NCBI RefSeq assembly: GCF_964355755.1
Contig: NC_092676.1
Span: forward strand, 16,014,871-16,078,870
Source: Antedon mediterranea
Taxonomy: Eukaryota > Animalia > Echinodermata
Length of the DNA: 64,000 nt
Reading direction: 5' to 3'
Below the pieces are notes generated by a model. That model was not told where the DNA came from. It was given only the letters and a program-made list of their open reading frames with translations, and did not search any database. Each line of letters opens with the position of its first letter. Position 1 is the stretch's first letter. The position numbers and the translations under genes were made by a program. This document shows, in pieces, positions 55,347-64,000 of the stretch.

Positions 55347-58300
55347 ATGGCTTCACCGGCAAAATTTTCTGTTTTGGTAAAGTTGTAAAATACTGATTAA
55401 TATAGGCCTACAATACAAGTATTTAGTAGTATCAATTATCAATGTCTGTAATAAATATATTTTTAACGTATACAGATAAAAAAGTGACTTATTACTGCCG
55501 AGTCCTAGGCCTAGCCTTAGGCCTCCTCTCCCTGGATTACGGTCGAAGCGGCCGCCAACTAAAGCGGCCGCTAGTTCAATAACGGTAATCTGTATGGAAC
55601 GCCGTGTGCGCTTTGATTGTCGTTGTTTTGTAATCTTTGATTGTCATTGTTTCGACAGGTTTTCTTTACCTCGGACGTAAATAACAATCTACATTATTAT
55701 GTAATTTATTCTCTTTTTTTTACAGATTGAATGTGATACGCGTACGTTCTTTTAAATGAAATGGCGAATCGATGATTACTTATTTTAACTGTTCTAAATG
55801 ATATACATATGTTTAATAAAGTCTAAAATACATTGTGGTGTTTATATTGTATATTAATATAATATAATAATAAGCCAATTATTAAGAATTATATATAAAT
55901 AAACCAATCAATAAAGTATATCAAAATATATAAATATATTAATAATTAAAAATATTTGTTATTGTATATTAATTAATTAGTAAAATAACTAGTAGTGTTC
56001 GCAATCATAATTTAATTACAATAACATGATGACAGCAATTTATTTGTACGTAAATTATTAATGCAATACTGTATAAAGATTCAATAGTACATAATATGTC
56101 AAATGAGATATCAAGATTCGGCAATACCGTACGTAAATTATTAATGCAATACTGTATAAAGATTCGATAGTATGTAAAAATGAGATATAAAGATTCGGCA
56201 ATACCGTACGTAAATTATTATTGCAATACTGTATAAAGATTCAATAGTATGTAAACGAGATATAAAGATTTGGCAATACCGTATACGTAAATTATTAATG
56301 CAATACTGTATAAAGATTCGATAGTATGTAAACAAGATATAAATATTCGGCAATACCGTACGTAAATTATTAATGCAATACTGTATAAAGATTCGATAGT
56401 ATGTAAACGAGATATAAAGATTCGGCAATACCGTATACGTAAATTATTATTGCAATACTGTATAAAGATTCGATAGTATGTCAAATGAGATATCAAGATT
56501 CGGCAATACCGTACGTAAATTATTAATGCAATACTGTATAAAATTCGATAGTATGTAAATGAGATATAAATATTTGGCAATACCGTACGTAAATTATTAT
56601 TGCAATACTGTATAAAATTCGATAGTTAAATGTAAATGAGATATAAATATTCGGCAATACCGTACGTAAATTATTATTGCAATACTGTATAAAATTCGAT
56701 AGTTAAATGTAAATGAGATATAAATATTCGGCAATACCGTACGTAAATTATTATTGCAATACTGTATAAAATTCGATAGTATGTAAATGAGATATAAAGA
56801 TTCGGCAATACCGTACGTAAATTATTATTATTGCAATACTGTATAAGGATTCAATAGCATATAAACGAGATATAAAGATTCGGCAATACCGTATATGTAA
56901 ATTATTATTGCAATACTGTATAAGGATTCAATAGTATGTAAACGAGATATAAAGGTTCGGCAAAATATATTTCGATATATGTATTAGTTAATAGTAAATA
57001 CAAATAAAATATACATTGATTTATCGGCAGGCAAACTTAATTATTATAGAAATATAAAGATTTGATAGTACATGAGTTGGCTTATATTTATTTAGCTGTA
57101 ACTCAACTCGCCATAGGCCATGGCGTTGACAACGACAATCAAAGATTAAAGCGCACATGGCGTTCCATACAAATGACGATATTAAACTGGCGGCCGCTTT
57201 GGTTGGCGGCCGCTTCGACCATACTCCCTCTCCCTGCCCTGCTGAATATGAATCTGGTAGCTACTCTACTGTCTGTAAAAACGCTGTTCCATCTCCATAT
57301 AGCTAACCTATATGCTTAGTTTTTCGGCTGTCGATTATGGAAGGGCCAAATTTATATCCTCTCAAGTTCAACCAAATAGCCTAGAGTTTTAATTTTCCAT
57401 TTCCAATATGTTTAGACTAGGCTAGGCTTGGACCTAATCTAGGCCTAGAAATAATATAATTTAGTAAATTAAATTAGCCTTCAGAAACTGTCGGTGTCAT
57501 CACATCATTTCGCAAAGAAAGGAGATTTGTTGTACGAGATGAATAGTATGTGCACGGTGTGCTCACATCATCAAAACTAAGCATAGCGCATGTGCATCAT
57601 CTTGGTTGTTAAATTTAGACAAACTTGATTTGTTTTAATTGTAACACCACAACGTCGTCAAAGCAAACTCTGATTAGAGCGTGCCTTCTCTAACACTGAA
57701 ACAGTATTCTGAAACCATCTCCTCCTCCTGTCTTCTGTCATCCTACTTGCTTGCTCCCTAGTCTTTTCATAACACCACAACACATCATTAAATTGGTTTC
57801 ATTGTTTTTTTTTTCTGGATGTAGGCAAGAAAGCTGTCAACTTCAGCCATTCGACAGGGTCAATTGGTCAAGGTATGAAAAACTTCATTAACTTTTTTCG
57901 TTCACCTTTAAATGTACCCCTGTATAAAGTGGATGTACCCACTTATGTTATAAATTATTGTTTGGTTATATTTATTTAGACGCCTCTACAAGTATATGGA
58001 GTTGGTGGACGGTATGCTACTGCCCTTTATTCAGCTGCTACAAAGGAAAAACAACTTGATCAAGTCAATAAAGAGCTTGTAGAGTTCCAAGTAAGTGGTC
58101 CAATTGTTAGCTTTTAGTATCTGTACACGCAATATTCAAATGCCAACTTTTGTCAAAATGTGAGGCAAATGTACACCAATCATACATGTATGTTAAAGCG
58201 TGTAATAATCACTCTAGCCTCCACTGAGCCCATGCCGCATATACCGCATCCATGGTTGAGAATACACATTAAGAGGATGACTGTAATGAACAAACACACA

Positions 58301-61300
58301 CAAGGAAGAAAAGTGTTGGTGAGTGATCACCTTCTTCCCTCAGTAGTATTTGTGTTACTGATTTTAACATTTTACTACATTATATACATCATTTCATTGT
58401 TTAATAGAATTTATTGAAGAAGGATGTAAAATTGGCAGATTTTGTTGGTAATCCAGTCATAAGGAAGCAAGATAAATCAGGTATGTAAAATTGAGATTAG
58501 GTTACTGGGATTTTTCCTTTCTGAATAGATGTTTTTAATTTGATTAGAAGATTGTGGGTCACATGATATTCACTAAATACTCTATTGAACTCTTACCTCA
58601 CAGTGCAATATCCTTGCCACATGAAAATATAACCTTTCATCTTTCACCCTGTGAAATTAATTGTACCATTGCACTCGTAAATATTCCTTTTTTGTATAAT
58701 AATCCACTTCTCATACAAACTATTTTAGTTTATTATCTAAACTCCATATTTCTAAATTCCTTTCTGAAAGTTTGTTAGTTCTACTATATGTTACCAAATT
58801 GTTCCCATATTTATTATTAACTTGAATAAAATATTTTGTTAAAACATTTTTCAGGAGTCTTAGGGAAATGGATGAAGGAGAAAAAGTATTCAAAGGTTAC
58901 AGAAAACTTTGTTACGATGTTGACTGAAAACAATAGAGTAAAAGAGCTGAATGATATCTTCAGTTCCTGGAACCAGATCATGGGAGCACACAAGGGAGAA
59001 GTTGTCTCTACAATCACAACAGCTACTGTAAGAAGATTCAGTATAGTATAAAAACAATACACTCACGAAATCAGACTGATGGAAACTATCTCAAATATAT
59101 ATAGTGTAACCTCTCCTTTGGGACATGCCTACTGTAAAAACAATCAAGAAAAAATATGTTTCGACAATCCTATTCAGGGGAAACCTCTAATGCCCTAGCA
59201 AACAAATTTCTAGTAGATTTTTAATATTATCACTAGTTGAAAATTTCAAAGGTAGCTAATGTTTGCTGGTTGTAATTTATTACAGAAAAAACCTTTCTTT
59301 TTAGTCCAGCAAATGTACACTATGTTATGCTTATTTATGGTATTTATTAACATTTGCTTGCTTGCTTGCTACAGTTGTTGTGTTCTTTATTTTGTTAGTT
59401 ATATTTTGTAGAACTAGCAAGGATTTGCTTGTGGATAAAAAACTAAATTTCTAGCCATGTTAGACCTGATATAGAACCTTTTCCTGTGACTATAAACATA
59501 CACTCTCGATTTTAGTTTTAGTAAAATCATGACATTGTATGTTTAATGGACTAGGAGACTTTGATATACCCACTCTTGGTTTATTTTGTAATAATGTAAT
59601 TTTATATTTAGAGGTGTTGTAGATTCTTGTTTATTAAATTCTGCCTCCTATAATTTTCTGCGTCTCCTATAATTTTCTTTTGGCCTACAGATTAGTTATT
59701 ACCATTCATGTATACCATGTATAGTAGAAACAATTATGATAGAATATTACCTGCATACATTGGATTGTAAAAGAATACAGTAGCTGTTTAATTTTAGAAG
59801 GAGTATTTTCTCATACTGATAATGTATTTCTATTTCAGGCCCTTGATGCAGCTGCTAAAAAGTCTCTAGAAACGTCATTGGCTGGCTTTATAAAGAAAGG
59901 TGAAACACTCAACCTGACCTTAAAGGTAAACACTTTATCGTTTCTTTGTAGTTTTTAGTTTAAAATAATAAAATTACAAAGTATTTTGGAAAGAAACATA
60001 CAATTTTTTCGCTATACTTTGACATTTTAACCTTTCAGTTCATGTAAAATTTCAGAATAGTATACAAATAATGAATATTTATGAGTTGGATGGATATTTC
60101 ATGAGCACCTACTTTTATTCAATTTATCCATCGTAAAGTTAGAAAAGCTAGGCCATTCAAAGAGACAGTGCTTACTTTAATCATGGAGTAGAACAGTTAT
60201 AAGACAGCGCACATAACAATTTCCGAACACGATTAGTCAATGTCGCGTGGCAAAAATAAAGTGTTAATTATCACCAATAGATATCACTTTGCTTTAGGTA
60301 GGGTTAACAGCAAATTACATGTGATGCGTAATTAATCAATTAAATTGCAAGAATACAATCAGCTCTGTTAAAATAATAGAATTAGAAGGTCATGGAAGTC
60401 ATGAAAATTAACTCTTTGAGATAGCATATGAACCATTTGATGTGAAATGAAGGAGAATGGGTAGTAAGATTACATTTGTCCAATGCCACTAGGTTATTAA
60501 TTACTGCAGTCTAAGGGCCTGTTCGTAGGGGTTGAAAATACCAGGTTATTCCCGATTTCCGTTCGCGTGACCCAAATAACTTTTGCCTCAGGCTACAAAA
60601 AATTTGAGGCAAAATGTTCACCAAATTTGCAGGTTATTTCAGCGATAATCCAATTATACTCGGCCTTCGAGGATAATAAATCTCCGATAGAGGCAATGTG
60701 TCAAATTTTGACAAACGTTCGCTGCCTAGGCCCGTCATTTCTCCTACGAAGCTCTTCCATACACGCTTCGAGAGCGATCGTCAGCTGGTGCTGTCCTTGT
60801 TGGTGTAGACCGCTTAGTAGGCCTAGCTGGTCGGTGGTGTTTCGTGTAACATTGGGCTCAAATTCTTTGTCAAGGAGTAAAATAATGGTTGTCAGGAGAA
60901 GGCATATTTCGGCAGGATTATCGGCGTTAAGAGGCATAAGGTTTGTCGCAAGGATAAGCAGTGTAAAAGGTAGCAAGTAATTGTTATTGTAAAGAAAGAT
61001 CGCGACTATAAAATATACAACACGAAACTAGCGTGCGAAAATGGGGTCGTAGGTTGTAAAAAGACAACTGACCTTAAAACGTAATTTCCGGTTTGTGATT
61101 CGTCGATTAAAAATTTAAGCGGTTAAATATTTCAAGTACGAACAACGCTCAATTTATAACCCGAGGCATGGGTGAAATTAAGCGCTTATTTTAACCACCG
61201 TACGAACACGACCTAAATGTATAATGTTTTTTTTTTCGCCAACAGGTGGATCCATCTATTATTAGCGGTATGATTGTAGAGGTTGGTGACAAGTATATTG

Positions 61301-61359
61301 ATATGTCTACAGCTACTAAAGTGAAAACCATGACAAATCTATTAAAAGAAAATGTTTAA
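55347..61359 (+). CDS. ATP5PO: ATP synthase peripheral stalk subunit OSCP
   Basis: Exons 55347-55376, 57825-57872, 57980-58090 ([19 protein letters not shown]), 58408-58480, 58855-59027 ([16 protein letters not shown]), 59839-59925, 61246-61359 ([21 protein letters not shown]). All GT-AG and phase-compatible. Confidence 0.96.
55534..57227. mobile_element. MULE-like non-autonomous element in ATP5PO intron 1 with an internal tandem array
   Basis: ~110-bp TIRs (GGTCGAAGCGGCCGCCAAC...); flanking duplication (C)CTCTCCCT(G), 8-10 bp depending on where the termini are drawn. Confidence 0.82.
56046..56960. repeat. ~75-77-bp tandem repeat, ~12 copies, inside the MULE-like element
   Basis: CGTAAATTATTA(A/T)TGCAATACTGTATAAAGATTCGATAGTATGTAAA...CGGCAATACCGTA units. 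Confidence 0.93.
60515..61213. mobile_element. PIF/Harbinger non-autonomous element in the last ATP5PO intron
   Basis: TAA|GGGCCTGTTCGTAGGGG ... CCACCGTACGAACACGACC|TAA; 3-bp TAA TSD; internal ORF remnant 60701-60976 (-). Confidence 0.75.
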
Positions 61360-61987
61360 GAAAATCTAGTTATTCTATAGGTAGAATGTATTACTGTATC
61401 TCAATACGAGATTGCATGATAACAAACTGAATATCCTTACTACAGAAAAATGGTTTTAGAAGGTTTAGTAATTCAAATATTTCAAACCATAATTTACCCA
61501 TAAACTGAGCATATACCTTTGCTGTGGATGACACTAGACAATTAATAATATGATTGGATGAAATTGTTGATGTATGTTAAAATTAAAATTTATTAACTTT
61601 AATTTATCTGTGTGTTTGTATTCATTTAAGTACTTGTACTATTTAAATGTATGTAAGCTGATATGTAGCAATTCATACAGAACATGTTCACACAATCTCA
61701 TGGTAGAAGATGATTGTGATGATGTATGCGTCCATTAGATGATACATCTATCAAGCAGCAGGGAGGTAATAATGGTGTCAATTGGCATATTGGAAGCATT
61801 TTTGGTCAACATAAATCAGTTTATTTATTAGAATGTTGAACATTAATCATTAAAGCCACATTACATTGCCAAGACTGACAGGGGCTGAGATTGACCAGTA
61901 CACCGGGGTAACTCCTCTCTCTTCCGAAAGATGCACCATAGACGAACCATATGTTTGTCTTTATCCGACCTATATCCAAGAAGACCT

Positions 61988-62315
61988 GGGGTCTGTTTCT
62001 GCTGCATACTGCTGAATAAACCGTTTATATCAAAATAGAGTTAAAATATAATTTTTATATCGACTGCATTTCTGCTAATTGTTTTCTCCTAAATAACCTA
62101 TCAGTGTGTGGTCGTCGACCGAAATTTTTGGTACTACCCAGAATGCAATGGCCACTGGCGTTAATTCAAAAGTTACTGCAGTGTAGTTGACACAAAGTCA
62201 GTGGATGTCAATCAAATAACTGTTATTTTGCGTTTCAACTAAAGTTGTCCTGTTTCTGCTTGGTTCACTTTATTCACACGTTATTAGGCATATTTTTTGC
62301 AGCAGAAACAGGACC
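61988..62315. mobile_element. Harbinger-family MITE related to 6238-7059, apparently inserted in a decayed SINE
   Basis: TIRs GGGTCTGTTTCTGCTGCA / TGCAGCAGAAACAGGACC. Confidence 0.68.
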
Positions 62316-64000
62316 TTGTTCTACTAGCAGGAGAGCCAGAACATGTCCTGATATTATGGCTACAGTACAATGGTTTGTAGTGCCCATGCCTTAACCGCTC
62401 GACTCTATATCAGATGATACAATTAAAATAACCAGACTTTATATGCTATAAATCTTTTACATTTTTAATATTCAAAATTATTCCGTTTTTACATTTTAGA
62501 TCAATTAAGTGATTAACGCCGCAATACAACTAAATGTGAGGTTGTGCTTTTAAATTCTAAAACATTCACTGGCTTCTGTCTTCTTTATAGAGGCAATTAG
62601 AATAACTTAAGTAACTTTGTCATATGTGGTATAGCACTGTGACATGTAAAGGTAAATGTGCACATGAAATACAAATGAAATTTGCCCATAATACTGTTAA
62701 ATCATTAAATGAATGTAATTGCCAAAATGTCCCCTGATCGACTTCTAATAGCATACATAATTGAGGCTTGCAATCAAGGAAACATGCCATTTTTCTGCTA
62801 GGAGTAGGCCTTCTGTATTATATACTATACATTTGTACTTATATTATCTGGTAAGGTAAGTGTTCATATGGATGTGATGTTAAGCTATATATACACTATC
62901 AAAAAGTATGCCCAAATATGGTAGTGATATGACGTCATCTTGTCCATATATGGGCACATCACATTTTCTATTCACATAAAGTTTATTAGTGCAGACAGAG
63001 CTTAACACTATTTAGCATAGAAGCACTTGACTTAGTCTCCATGTAATAGCACATATATGCAAAGCTGAATAAAATTAAGGCTCCTAAAATTAAACCAAGC
63101 CTTATTGGCCAGTAAACCATCCATGTAGTTTTATTGTAATATACTGATCTAGTTTTCTGTGAATACAGTATATACCTAATATTTAAAACAAACTATTGAT
63201 TAAAAATATGTCTGATCTAATTTTGCTACTATTGTATTTAAACTTTAATGCATGCACACAACTTGAATTTACAGAGCTAAAAATATCATAAATAAATTTA
63301 GTATTGAAAAGGTTAACACTGAATTTATTTCAAAGTTCCTTTAAAAATGCATGACCGTTATTTTGTTCATAATTTGTCAAATCCTAACATGATTCATAGG
63401 TTAATTTCATATTTTTATTATCATTCTTTTGTGATATAATAAATATTAGTAACTATCTTCAATTTGTGAGTATTAATTGTATTTACTTTACAATAATACT
63501 TATTTATATTTTTTATGATTCAATTATATTCAGCCCTGATCAAATTACAAAAAAACTATTTGGCAATCTTTCTTATCTAATTTACTATTCTATAAGTACC
63601 TCAAAAAGAAATATTAAATAAGATTGGCATGCAATATAGTTTAGTCTATAGAACAAACAAAAGATTACATATAGAAATACTGTAGTAAACAAACTTAAAA
63701 AAGGTGATCATAGAGCATACTTTAGGAAATTCCTCCACGGTATCATAGCAATCAACTTACACATCCGCATGTTATTTTCTACCTACTTCTTTATTGTATA
63801 TGGCAAAAATAGAACAATGTAAGGTCATTGTTAAAAAAATAGTAAAATAAACATCAGCTGATGGAAGGCCGATAAAATAGATAGATCATAGATAGGTCAT
63901 TTATTAGGTAGCCTGACACCCTTATTTTAAAATCCTGGTTCTGCCTCTGGTAAAAACATGGGTTTGACAGTCAAATACTATACAGAGCTAGAAAAATCAC

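Overview
AT-rich, intron-containing animal genomic DNA (marine invertebrate-like, possibly an echinoderm; the taxon is an inference). Host genes in order: the terminal Ca-EGF exon of an upstream gene (+); an intronless DUF985/Cupin_5 gene (-); a ~19-coding-exon adhesion GPCR (-, 22150-43306) with LRR + Ly6/uPAR three-finger + mucin + HormR + GAIN/GPS + 7TM architecture; and MRPS6 (-) and ATP5PO/OSCP (+) head-to-head. The rest is transposon-rich: a decayed Sola2-type element, two near full-length CR1/L2-group LINEs, an L1/Tx1 fragment, Harbinger, Kolobok and MULE-like MITEs, Helentron-type HINEs, a 5S+tRNA composite SINE and several minisatellites. The most striking unexplained signal is the strong excess of the palindrome TAGGCCTA and its relatives. 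At two loci it is visibly a 6-bp insertion at a TA, and it piles up just downstream of the first exons of both housekeeping genes. Exon boundaries and counts were read by eye.
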